From positions 1,834 to 65,833 of the forward strand of contig JBAYHL010000002.1 of NCBI GenBank assembly GCA_041666185.1: DNA of 64,000 nucleotides, read 5' to 3'. Numbering within the stretch: position 1 is the stretch's first letter; the number at the start of each line of letters is the position of its first letter. This stretch comes from Patescibacteria group bacterium. GTDB lineage: Bacteria > Patescibacteriota > UBA1384 > UBA12157 > JAENIV01. The translations under genes were made by a program, and so were the position numbers. The notes under the pieces were generated by a model that saw nothing but the letters and a program-made list of their open reading frames with translations, made no database searches and was not told the origin of the DNA. Shown piece by piece: positions 1 through 9,656 of the stretch.

Positions 1-2
1 AG

Positions 3-170
3 CCTCGTCTTATTGCCGAAAAGATTCTTGAAAATCTTAAGAAATCACCGCAAAATAAATATCGTCGTAACCTTGTCGGCTTAGCTAAAACTCGTTACAA
101 TTGGACAGTCGAAGGGAAAAAATTAGAATTGTTCTATCGCGATTTGGAAGAGATGAAAAATGTCAGTTAA
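3..170 (+). CDS. GT4-family glycosyltransferase, C-terminal fragment (truncated by window start)
   Basis: Manual frame-3 translation PRLIAEKILENLKK...RYNWTVEGKKLELFYRDLEEMKNVS*, a typical GT-B C-terminal YxW..(E/A)..L..Y helix. TAA at 168-170 overlaps the next start. Confidence 0.7.
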   Translation, partial: PRLIAEKILENLKKSPQNKYRRNLVGLAKTRYNWTVEGKKLELFYRDLEEMKNVS

Positions 171-1095
171 ATTAAAAAAAATACTCTCATTTTTACTTTT
201 TTTATTAATTGTTTTATTGATTGTTTTTTATGTTAAGGACAATCTGTCTGAATTTCGTAATATTAAAGTTGCCTCTTGGTGGTCGTTAGTAGGTCTTGTA
301 ATTTTTACAGGTCTTACTTTTTTAATTCAGGGTTGGTTTTTAAAAGTTGCTGTTTTACCATACAAGGTTAATTTGAGCTTTAATGAATGGTTTGGCTTAG
401 TGGCAGTAACAATGCTTGGTAATTATATTTTTCCGTTTAGCGGTTGGGGTGTCAGAGCAATATATTTAAAAAATAAACATTCTCTTTCTTATAGCCAGTT
501 TATTGCAACAACAGTGGCTAATTGGATAACTAATTTCTTGGTTTTTACTTTGGGCGGACTTTTAGGTGTAGGAGTAATTTATTATTTATTCCACAAATTT
601 GAGACTAAATTATTTATTTTTTTATTTTTAGTTTTAGCTTTTTCATGTGTTGCTTTTATCCCAATAAAACAATTGAAGCATCGTAATAAATTTATTAAAA
701 AAATTCTAAATCTTTTTAAGATATGGCAAGAATATATAACTCATAAGCAAATTTTGCAACAACTTATTGTTATTACTTTTTGGCAATTTTTGGCGACGGT
801 TCTTTCGTTTTATTATGCTTATCGTTTTTTTGGATTTGGCGTATCTGTTTGGGAAAGCTTCTTGCCAGCAACCTTTTCAATTTATGCCTTATTTATCAGA
901 TTAGTCCCCGCTAATTTAGGATTATATGAATTAGCAGTTATTTATCCTTCAAGGATATTTGGCTTAAATATTGCCGACGGATTGCTTGTTTCGGCAATTA
1001 CGCGTTTGGCGGTGATTTTTTGGACATTTGTCTTAGGGCTAATTTTTAGTTATATTTTGATTAAGCCGTTTTCAAAAACAAAAGGAGCAAAATAA
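160..1095 (+). CDS. Lysylphosphatidylglycerol-synthase-TM (UPF0104/AglD2-like) putative flippase
   Basis: 311 aa with about 8 TM helices; NYIFPFSGWGVRAIYLK and PANLGLYE...ITR motifs; glycan-cluster context. Confidence 0.7.
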   Translation: MSVKLKKILSFLLFLLIVLLIVFYVKDNLSEFRNIKVASWWSLVGLVIFTGLTFLIQGWFLKVAVLPYKVNLSFNEWFGLVAVTMLGNYIFPFSGWGVRAIYLKNKHSLSYSQFIATTVANWITNFLVFTLGGLLGVGVIYYLFHKFETKLFIFLFLVLAFSCVAFIPIKQLKHRNKFIKKILNLFKIWQEYITHKQILQQLIVITFWQFLATVLSFYYAYRFFGFGVSVWESFLPATFSIYALFIRLVPANLGLYELAVIYPSRIFGLNIADGLLVSAITRLAVIFWTFVLGLIFSYILIKPFSKTKGAK

Positions 1096-2169
1096 ATGAA
1101 AAAAATTATCACAATTATTGGAGCAAGGCCTCAATTTATTAAAACACCCCTTGTCTCAGAAGAAATTAGAAAATTTGCTAAAGAAATTATTATTCATACT
1201 GGGCAACATTATGACACGGCCATGTCAGATATTTTTTTTCGTGAACTTTCTATTCCCAAAGCCGATTATAATTTAGGTGTTGGCTCAGCGACACAAGGTA
1301 AGCAAACGGGGGAAATGCTTGAAAAAATTGAAAGTATTTTACTTAAAGAAAAGCCGGATTTAGTGGTTATATATGGTGACACTAACTCAACGGTGGCAGG
1401 CGCTCTTGCGGCGGTGAAATTGCATATTCCAATTGCTCATATTGAGGCAGGCATGCGATCTTATAACAGGCAAATGCCAGAAGAAATAAATCGTATTGTT
1501 TCTGATCATATCAGTGCTTTACTTTTTGCGCCGACAAAATCATCAAAGGTGATTCTTGAAAAAGAGGGTATTACAAAAGGAGTTTATTTTGTTGGTGATG
1601 TAATGTACGACATTCAAAAAAAACTATCAACCAACAAGCAGCAACATACAGTTCTTAAAGGATTAGGCATCGAACCGAAGAAATATGTGTTGGCAACAGT
1701 TCATAGACAAGAAAATACCGATTCGAAAGAAAATTTGGAAAATATTATAAAAGCGTTTGTAGAAATTAACGAACCGATTGTTTTTGCTGTTCATCCACGG
1801 ACAGAAAAATATCTTAAAGAGTACAAATTAGACAGTTTAATTACCAAGAACCCTCATATTAAATTGATTAAACCGGTTGGGTTTTTGGAAATGATGGCTT
1901 TGGAGCAAAATGCCAGATTGGTTTTAACTGATTCTGGTGGAGTACAAAAAGAAGCTTATTTAAATAAAGTGCCATGTATTACCTTAAGAAAAGAAACGGA
2001 ATGGATCGAGACAGCTAAATCTGGTTGGAATCAATTAGCAGGAACGGATGTTAAAAAAATTGTTAAATTAGCTAAAAAGTTTCCAAAACCAAAAAATCAC
2101 CCAAACTTCTTAGGTGATGGTTTTGCTTATAAAAAAATAGTTAAAATAATCAAAAAATTTCTTGGTTAG
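1096..2169 (+). CDS. wecB: UDP-N-acetylglucosamine 2-epimerase (non-hydrolysing)
   Basis: GARPQFIK, HTGQHYD, GDTNST, HIEAGMRS, PEEINR and TDSGGVQKEA motifs. Confidence 0.95.
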   Translation: MKKIITIIGARPQFIKTPLVSEEIRKFAKEIIIHTGQHYDTAMSDIFFRELSIPKADYNLGVGSATQGKQTGEMLEKIESILLKEKPDLVVIYGDTNSTVAGALAAVKLHIPIAHIEAGMRSYNRQMPEEINRIVSDHISALLFAPTKSSKVILEKEGITKGVYFVGDVMYDIQKKLSTNKQQHTVLKGLGIEPKKYVLATVHRQENTDSKENLENIIKAFVEINEPIVFAVHPRTEKYLKEYKLDSLITKNPHIKLIKPVGFLEMMALEQNARLVLTDSGGVQKEAYLNKVPCITLRKETEWIETAKSGWNQLAGTDVKKIVKLAKKFPKPKNHPNFLGDGFAYKKIVKIIKKFLG

Positions 2170-2918
2170 TATTTGTAATCTTGTAGTTTAATATAGTTGT
2201 ATTGACCTACTCTTACAGGTCCACCAGGGACAATTTTAAGCATAAATTTATCCCTGAGATCTATTACATTAACTTTAATTTTCGGATTATCTATATGTTC
2301 TCGAGCTTTTTTATTAGACGAATCCTCGGCTTGCAGAAAGAATTTTTTAGTTATCTTGTCTTTGCCGGCGACTTGTTCCTCAATCGATTGGTCGATCCAA
2401 ATATTAGTTGTCGGATCTAGCACTTGCCACCGGTCATCAAATTTTATTTCGACAATACCGTGGCCTGGATAGATCGCAAGAGTTCTGTATTCGTACCCTG
2501 ATTTGTCTAATAATATTGCAAGCAAAGCAGCATAATTGCCACATTGTAAAAATTCGCCTCCCCAAAGTAATTCTTTTAGAGAAAGTTCCTTGAGGCCTCT
2601 TTCACCGTAATAAGCTGACATATGAACGAAATTCATGTAAAACAAGGGTTTAAGGATGTCTTCATTGTCAGTGCCGGCCATTTTAATAAAAGTTGACTTG
2701 TATTTACTATAACGTTTATCCAGTTTTTGTAAGACAATCTCGGCACTTTCTTCATTACCATCTAAAATTTCGTTTTTATTAAAAATTTTATAGTATGTTT
2801 TGGATGAATTGGGATCTAAATAAATATAGTTGCGCCAATATAAATAACCAGTAATCGCAACGATTAAAAGTAATAGTATTATATAAAGGATTTTTAATAG
2901 TCCTTTGTGAGGTCTCAT
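2166..2918 (-). CDS. Membrane-anchored transglutaminase-like (papain-fold) protein
   Basis: N-terminal TM helix; Cys-His-Asp triad pattern LQCGNYAALL...GHGIVEI...WQVLDPT. Confidence 0.65.
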   Translation of the reverse strand: MRPHKGLLKILYIILLLLIVAITGYLYWRNYIYLDPNSSKTYYKIFNKNEILDGNEESAEIVLQKLDKRYSKYKSTFIKMAGTDNEDILKPLFYMNFVHMSAYYGERGLKELSLKELLWGGEFLQCGNYAALLAILLDKSGYEYRTLAIYPGHGIVEIKFDDRWQVLDPTTNIWIDQSIEEQVAGKDKITKKFFLQAEDSSNKKAREHIDNPKIKVNVIDLRDKFMLKIVPGGPVRVGQYNYIKLQDYKY

Positions 2919-3016
2919 ACTTTAATTATATTTCAATTATAAATAATCTACTAATTTTATGTGTTAATTTAGATAATAATAGTTTTCTTTTGCTACCCAA
3001 ATGGTATATTAAAAGT

Positions 3017-5239
3017 ATGAATTTTCTAAATGAAAGAAAATCAGTTCTGTATTTATATCTTCCTTTTGTTGTATGGATTGTTCTAGTGGTCCTTATCCGT
3101 AATTTTGTTTCGCCCTTCCAGATTAATCTTATAACTTTAGCTTCTATTTTTATTCCCGGGTTTGCTTTGTCTCGTTTGATAAGGATTAAATTTTTTAATG
3201 ATACTTTTGGGCAAGTAATCTTATGGCTCTCTTTAGGGTTAATTTATAATCTTTTTCTTTGCCTAATAGGTTTATTTATTAATTTACGTCTTTCGGAACT
3301 TACGTGGTTCTACTTGGTAATTTCGGCAATACTTTTTTTGGCGGCGGGAATTGTTGATTTTAAAGACAATCGCATTAAAAAAGTTTTTAGTTGGCAAGTT
3401 TTTAAGTTAGAAAATTTAATTTTTCTATTTTTATTTTTGTTTCTAATTTCAGTTTTATGCATAGTTGATCAATTGGGGGCTAATTTCCTTGGTGATCCTT
3501 TATATCATCTTTCGGCGATGCGTCGGGCGATTGAAAACCAACCGCTTTCAATTGAAAATATTAGTCATGTTAAAGACCAATTTCACCCAACTTATATTTT
3601 TTCTGTTTGGCAAATTTTCTTGAGTTTACTTGCTAAAATTTCTGGAGCAAATATTTTTATGTTCTGGCAAGAGGCTCCTATAGCGTTAACGATAATCTTT
3701 TTTATGGTTTGGTATTGGTTATTACTAAAAATATTTTCCAATAAATTTTTAGCTGTTTTAGGATTATTTTTAGTTACAAATTATTATTTTTGGAACAATG
3801 GCTATATCTTTACTCGCTTGCCTGTACCAGACACCCTGAGTCAGCTTATTATAATGCCTTTAAGCTTTTCTTTGGCTTTAAAGTATATTTTTGATAAAGC
3901 TACTAATTACAAACATTTAATCATTCTTTCATTGGTAGTTTCCTTAATGACACTTGTTCATCAAACTCAATATCTTTATTATCTTTTTGGGATGTGTTCG
4001 TTTGGAGTTTTGTATGCCATTTTTAAATTTAAAGAAGTTGGTTTTAGACAAATTTTCAAAAAGATTGTTTTGGCTACTTTTGCTAATTTAGTGATTGCTA
4101 TCCCGATATTTTTAATTATCCAAGCTAAAGGAAATACTTTAACAAAACATTTAGATGTTTTTACAACTATGAAACCAACTCTTCGTAACGATCGTTTTGA
4201 TGAATTTGATCAATATCTTAAATATGCTTATATTTTCTTACCATTAGTTTTAATTTTTATTAGAAAATATCGCAAATTAATATTCTTGTTGGGAGTTTTC
4301 GTTTTAGGACCAGTTATTCACAATATTCCAGGTTTGACAGATTGGTTTATTGATCATTTAAGTCATGTTTTTATTAAGCGTTTCTATAGTAATTTAGGTT
4401 GGGCGCCAATAATTTGGACTCTATTTTCTGGTTTTGCCATTTTGTTGATAGATAGATTCTTAAACAAAGTTATCTCTGGTCGTAACAATATCAGATATTT
4501 GATTGATTCAACTTTGTCTGTTTCAGCGATTATTATTTTTTATTGTCAATTTAAGTTTGAGGCAGTTGCGAATTTTTATGATAAAGTTTTTTCAAGCTCT
4601 ACTAATCAGTGGTTAAATAATAATTATCTTTGGCTAGTAGCCTTAATGCTTGTTGCCTCTGTCTCTATTTTTATTTTTGAAAATCGTCACTCTAAATTGC
4701 GGGAATTTTTTGAATTTTCAGAACCACGAAACCAAGTGCCGGTCTTAATATTAAGCCTTATTTTAATTTTCTTTTTGTCTTCACCTGCTCAAGGTCATTT
4801 GAGAACATTTACTAAAGCAGAAATAACTAATTGGCATTTTTTTGCTAAAGAAAATGATCCAACGGATTTAATTATCAACACTGATAAGTTTGGTGGGATG
4901 GAAACAATCGAATTTATTAAAAACTATATTCCTGCCAAAGCAGTTTTTGACAGTTCTGACGCTAACTATGTTTTACCAACAATGGTAGATGTTCATATGG
5001 CTTCTTATACTTTTGATCCAAAACCAACAAAAAAATATGCAGAAATTCATTATTTCGATACGCCTAATAAAAAAAGACTGGAATTAATAAAAGATGGTCA
5101 AATTGAATACATTCTTTATCTTTATGGAGACGAAAAAGTCTCGCCATTTGATCAATACCCAGAGTATTTTACAAAAACTTACAATAACAAAGCGGCTATT
5201 TACAAGGTAAATCAGACCATGATTCAATCTGGTATCTAA
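3017..5239 (+). CDS. Polytopic membrane protein, GT-C-like glycosyltransferase (paralog 1 of 3)
   Basis: Start moved to ATG 3017, 6 nt after TGgTATATT. Many TM helices; GDPLYH, PTYIFSVW and RLPVPDT motifs are shared with the two downstream ORFs; soluble C-terminal domain. Confidence 0.6.
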   Translation: MNFLNERKSVLYLYLPFVVWIVLVVLIRNFVSPFQINLITLASIFIPGFALSRLIRIKFFNDTFGQVILWLSLGLIYNLFLCLIGLFINLRLSELTWFYLVISAILFLAAGIVDFKDNRIKKVFSWQVFKLENLIFLFLFLFLISVLCIVDQLGANFLGDPLYHLSAMRRAIENQPLSIENISHVKDQFHPTYIFSVWQIFLSLLAKISGANIFMFWQEAPIALTIIFFMVWYWLLLKIFSNKFLAVLGLFLVTNYYFWNNGYIFTRLPVPDTLSQLIIMPLSFSLALKYIFDKATNYKHLIILSLVVSLMTLVHQTQYLYYLFGMCSFGVLYAIFKFKEVGFRQIFKKIVLATFANLVIAIPIFLIIQAKGNTLTKHLDVFTTMKPTLRNDRFDEFDQYLKYAYIFLPLVLIFIRKYRKLIFLLGVFVLGPVIHNIPGLTDWFIDHLSHVFIKRFYSNLGWAPIIWTLFSGFAILLIDRFLNKVISGRNNIRYLIDSTLSVSAIIIFYCQFKFEAVANFYDKVFSSSTNQWLNNNYLWLVALMLVASVSIFIFENRHSKLREFFEFSEPRNQVPVLILSLILIFFLSSPAQGHLRTFTKAEITNWHFFAKENDPTDLIINTDKFGGMETIEFIKNYIPAKAVFDSSDANYVLPTMVDVHMASYTFDPKPTKKYAEIHYFDTPNKKRLELIKDGQIEYILYLYGDEKVSPFDQYPEYFTKTYNNKAAIYKVNQTMIQSGI

Positions 5240-5286
5240 ATTTATCGTAAACTTCCCGGAGAGATAGATTGTGATATATTAAAGAT

Positions 5287-7485
5287 ATGAAAACTCTTAA
5301 GAAAAGAGGAATTTTAGGATTTGCTGTTTGGGCCTTATTTGGCGTACTTCTTTTTTTGTTTTTAAAAATTGTTCCAGAAGTTTCTGCAAATTTTTTTTAT
5401 TTTTCAGTTTTTGCTTTCTTTATTTTATTTTTTCCCGGCTGGTCAATCAGCAAAATTCTAAATTTTACTAATCAAGAATTTGTTGGGCAATGGCTTTTAA
5501 ATTTTGTTCTAAGTCTTTCTTTTTATTTTTTAATTAATTTATTGGCAATCTTTTTAAATATCGATATAAATTCTCTGCTAAAAATTTATTATTGTTTGCT
5601 GCCACTTCTTTGGGGGGTAGCTTTAATAAAGGATCTTTTAAGACCAGTTATGCCAACAGCTAATCATTTTGAAATAAAAAAAATCTTTAAAATTGAAAAT
5701 ATTTTTTACCTTTTACCTTTGGTGGTAGGAGCTTATATTGTTCTAGTTCTTAGGTTAAAAGGACCAGATTTTAATGGTGATCCTTATTTTCATTTGGCAA
5801 TCATTCGTAAAGCTATTGACGGAAGCTTTCTTTCTTCGGCAAACCTTGCTTTTACCAAAACCTCTCTTACAAATCCGGCTTATATTTTTCCGGTTTGGCA
5901 TGTCTTACTAGCTCTTATAAGCAAAGTCTTAGCTTTAGACATCTTAGCTTGTTGGGCAAATATGATTTTAGTCTTATCGGTTATTTCATTTTTTGTTTGG
6001 TATTTGTTAGCAAAAATAATTTTTAAAGAGAAGGCTTGGGCAATTCTAGTGGTTTTGTTAATGATGATTTTTTCATTTTACAGTGGTCCTGGTTATTTCT
6101 TTGCCCGCCTAACTGTGCCTGATACTTTTTCTCAATTTGTACTTTTGCCGCTTGGCCTTGCTCTAACTTTTTCGTATATTTTTTCAAAGGAAAAAAGATG
6201 GCAGGAAGCAATTGTTGTTGTTATAAGCGCTATTTTACTTCTTTTGGTTCATCCACCGCATTATTTTTATCTTTTGTTGACGGTTTTAATGTTAGCGGTT
6301 TTATATTTAATATTTCGTTACAAAGACATTGATTATAAACAAATGGTTCAAAAAATCTTTTGGGTGCTAGGCTTTATTTTGATCCCGTTAATATTGTTAA
6401 TAATATTAATTGAAGTTTCTTTAGGATCTTTCTTTACTATTCTTTCTGAATTTACTCGCGCGCCAATAGTTAATATTTCTTATGATAAATTTAGTAAATT
6501 TCCTCTAACTTACCAATATGGTTACTTTTTATTACCATTTGTGTTTTTGTTTTTAAAAAACAAAAGAATAATTATTATTTTAGCCTTAATGTTGTTAGTC
6601 CCAGTAGTTTATTTCACACCTCTTAGAGATCTTTTCAGTAAGTATTTAAGTATTGTTTTCACTGATCGACTTTTGGCTAATACTTCTTTATATTTTCTTG
6701 TTTTTGCTTTAATAACTGGTTGTGTTTTAAGGTTAATCGATGGGTTTCTTGATCGATTTTCTATGAGGATAAAAAAATATCTTAATTGGACTTTGCTTAT
6801 TTTATTTGGTGCGATAATTATTATTGGTTTAAGTACGGAAGCTGTTTCTAATTTTACTTATGAAATTTTTTACTCTAAAGTGACTCATAGTTTGGTCTCC
6901 CAATACACTTTAGTGATTTTTATTGTGAGCATTGTTGTCGCCCTTTTGTTTTGGGTGTTTGGTAAAGATTCATGGAGTAAAAAAAATCCTTACGAAATTT
7001 CTTCTTACAAAAATAATCTTACAGTTTTTATTTTTATGGCTCTTTTAGTATTTGTTTTAATTAATCCTTCTGTTAAAAACGCTAAAAAGTATTTTTTCAA
7101 TAATTTAGCTTATGAAAATAAAACAAAGAACTTTTTTACTAAAAATTTTCAAAATACAGATGAAGCAATTAATTTTGTAAAGTTTCAGATACCGGCAAAA
7201 TCGGTTTTTCTTTCAGATAATGAGTCGGCAAAAACTTTAGCGGTGATGACGGATCAATATATGGCTTATAATATTGGTTCAGCGTGGGATAAAAAGCTTA
7301 ATTTAATTTTGAGTCCTAATTCTTCCGATTTGGTAAAAGACGAATTAGTTGTTTCGTCTCAATATGCTATTGACTATGTTTTAGTAAAAAATTCTAAAAT
7401 CCAAGATGACGAATATTTTACGAAAAATCCTTTATTTGAAAAAGTATATGATAATAATATCAAGATTTACAAGGTGATTAAGTGA
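5287..7485 (+). CDS. Polytopic membrane protein, GT-C-like glycosyltransferase (paralog 2 of 3)
   Basis: GDPYFHLAIIRK, PAYIFPVWH and RLTVPDT motifs; same architecture as paralog 1. Confidence 0.6.
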   Translation: MKTLKKRGILGFAVWALFGVLLFLFLKIVPEVSANFFYFSVFAFFILFFPGWSISKILNFTNQEFVGQWLLNFVLSLSFYFLINLLAIFLNIDINSLLKIYYCLLPLLWGVALIKDLLRPVMPTANHFEIKKIFKIENIFYLLPLVVGAYIVLVLRLKGPDFNGDPYFHLAIIRKAIDGSFLSSANLAFTKTSLTNPAYIFPVWHVLLALISKVLALDILACWANMILVLSVISFFVWYLLAKIIFKEKAWAILVVLLMMIFSFYSGPGYFFARLTVPDTFSQFVLLPLGLALTFSYIFSKEKRWQEAIVVVISAILLLLVHPPHYFYLLLTVLMLAVLYLIFRYKDIDYKQMVQKIFWVLGFILIPLILLIILIEVSLGSFFTILSEFTRAPIVNISYDKFSKFPLTYQYGYFLLPFVFLFLKNKRIIIILALMLLVPVVYFTPLRDLFSKYLSIVFTDRLLANTSLYFLVFALITGCVLRLIDGFLDRFSMRIKKYLNWTLLILFGAIIIIGLSTEAVSNFTYEIFYSKVTHSLVSQYTLVIFIVSIVVALLFWVFGKDSWSKKNPYEISSYKNNLTVFIFMALLVFVLINPSVKNAKKYFFNNLAYENKTKNFFTKNFQNTDEAINFVKFQIPAKSVFLSDNESAKTLAVMTDQYMAYNIGSAWDKKLNLILSPNSSDLVKDELVVSSQYAIDYVLVKNSKIQDDEYFTKNPLFEKVYDNNIKIYKVIK

Positions 7486-9656
7486 AAATAAAAGCCTATA
7501 TTTTTTATATTGTAATAATTTTATGGCTTCTTTTATTGAAGGTGCTACTTTCTTTAAGCTCTTTTGGCTCAACTGGTTTAGGAGTAACTCTTTCTTTTTT
7601 GACAATTATTTTTTTGCCAGGATTTTTACTTTATCGTTTATTAAAAGTTCAAAGCCAACTGGCTAAATATCTTTATATAATTGGTTTCGGTTTCGGTTTT
7701 TATTTTTTAATCAATTTTTTTGCTTTAGTTTTGAATTTAACCATCTCTCAAATTGGTTTTGTAAATCTTTTTCTGGTTAGTTTACTTTTCTTAATTTCTT
7801 TTATCAAAGATTGGCAAGAAATTTGGGAAATTGATTTTTCTTATTTTAAAGAAAAAGATCCTGCCAAGTGGGTGGTAAGATTTTTTGTTCTAATCGCTCT
7901 TATTTTGGCTTTCTTAGGTCTAGATGCCCAATCTGACAGGCTTATTGGTGATGGTTGGTTCCATTTAGCTCTTTTGCAAAAGATTGTTTCTGGGGGAGGC
8001 TTAAGTCCTTATAACCTATGGGTTGTTAAATCAGAAGTTTTAAATCCAGTTTATTCTTTTCCGGTTTGGCATATTTTCATTGGTCAATTTTCTAACATTT
8101 TAGGAATCCCTATTTTTACTGCTTTAAAACAATCACTACTTCCTTTATTTATTATTAGTATGATTGTTTGGTTTAGTCTTATTTCCTTAATTTTTAAAAA
8201 TTATTGGATTACCACTGTTTGTTTTTTGTCGTTAATTTTAATCTTTTTAAAAGATAATATTTTTTATTATTTAGTTGCTTTACCTTCGCCGGATAGCTTT
8301 AATCGGCTTTTACTTTTGCCATTAATTTTAGGTTTAACGGTTAACTATCTTTTTGAAAAAACACCAAAGATTTTAAACATTACCTTAATTTCTCTTTTAG
8401 TGATATTTTTGGGATTAATCCATTTTACTCAAGTTATTTATCTTGTTGTGATCTGGGTTGTTCTAGGTTTAGTTCTACTTATCTTTTTTGTTAAAGAGCC
8501 ACTTAAAAGACTCGGTTTGCTTATGGGGGGACTGGCGATTTTAATACTTCCTTATTTATTAATTTTCCAAAGGGGGATCTTTAGTAGTTTTCTTATGGCA
8601 AATGCAGCAGCTTTTACTGGTGATAAAGTAAATTTTAAAACTTATCTTGGGGCAAATATTATTTATCGGTATGCTATTTTAAGCCTACCGGTTATTGTTT
8701 TGTTTTTAAAAAAACAATTAAGATTAGGCTTACTTTTTTCGATTGCCGTTGGCATGCTTTTAATCTATTGGCCTTATTTAGGTTTAAGACCTTTATTTTT
8801 AAAATATTTTGGCGCCATATTTGTTGATCGTTCTTTAGCAATTATTCCGCACTTTATTTATTTTGGTTTTCTTTTATTTTTCATTATCTTGGGAATAAAT
8901 TATTTACTTGTTTTTGTTTTGAGGAAAATACACCAAAAAGCTATATGGTTTGCAAATATTATTTTGGTAATTTTCACTCTTTTAGCAGTCTTTGGTTTGC
9001 CAGCAAATTTTGTTGATAAAAATATTTTTTCAGAAACAAATATTTTATTTATTGATTACTTTTGGTTGATTTTTGCTTTGATTATTTTATTAGTTTTGGT
9101 TATCTATATCATGTATCGGAAAAAGGAATTTATTTTACCAAAGCCTAAGGAAAATCTTAATTTTGCATTATTAATTATTCTATTTTTTGTGTTTCTTTCG
9201 ACTCCTTATTTTGTGCCTTTCAAAGAGACTCTGACTAAAAATCCAAATGGTAGCATTGTTTCAAATCGTTTAACAAATAATGCTTCCGATATTACTTATT
9301 TTGGTGGTCAAAAAACAATTGATTTTTGGCAATCAAAATCAAAAGAAGTTTTTCTAACGGATGCAGTTACACTTGCTCAGATGATTTTATTGTATTCCGA
9401 TAATTATGCAGCTGAGTACCCTTATTCAATTAAAGAATTTAGCCAAAGTAACAAATTTTATGATGAGAGCTTAAGTTTGGACGAAAGATTAGAAATTTTA
9501 GACAGTCTTCAGGTCAACTATATAATTGTAAGACACGCAGAAGACACCCCGTTTTATGAGAATAACTCTAATTATTTTGAGAAAGTTTTTGAAAATACCT
9601 ATGAGTACAAAGGTGGCGAAAAAGAGCTTATTGTTTTCAAGTATTTAAATAGGTAA
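7482..9656 (+). CDS. Polytopic membrane protein, GT-C-like glycosyltransferase (paralog 3 of 3)
   Basis: GDGWFHLALLQK, PVYSFPVWH and LPSPDS motifs; GTG start overlaps the upstream TGA (GTGA coupling). Confidence 0.6.
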   Translation: MKIKAYIFYIVIILWLLLLKVLLSLSSFGSTGLGVTLSFLTIIFLPGFLLYRLLKVQSQLAKYLYIIGFGFGFYFLINFFALVLNLTISQIGFVNLFLVSLLFLISFIKDWQEIWEIDFSYFKEKDPAKWVVRFFVLIALILAFLGLDAQSDRLIGDGWFHLALLQKIVSGGGLSPYNLWVVKSEVLNPVYSFPVWHIFIGQFSNILGIPIFTALKQSLLPLFIISMIVWFSLISLIFKNYWITTVCFLSLILIFLKDNIFYYLVALPSPDSFNRLLLLPLILGLTVNYLFEKTPKILNITLISLLVIFLGLIHFTQVIYLVVIWVVLGLVLLIFFVKEPLKRLGLLMGGLAILILPYLLIFQRGIFSSFLMANAAAFTGDKVNFKTYLGANIIYRYAILSLPVIVLFLKKQLRLGLLFSIAVGMLLIYWPYLGLRPLFLKYFGAIFVDRSLAIIPHFIYFGFLLFFIILGINYLLVFVLRKIHQKAIWFANIILVIFTLLAVFGLPANFVDKNIFSETNILFIDYFWLIFALIILLVLVIYIMYRKKEFILPKPKENLNFALLIILFFVFLSTPYFVPFKETLTKNPNGSIVSNRLTNNASDITYFGGQKTIDFWQSKSKEVFLTDAVTLAQMILLYSDNYAAEYPYSIKEFSQSNKFYDESLSLDERLEILDSLQVNYIIVRHAEDTPFYENNSNYFEKVFENTYEYKGGEKELIVFKYLNR

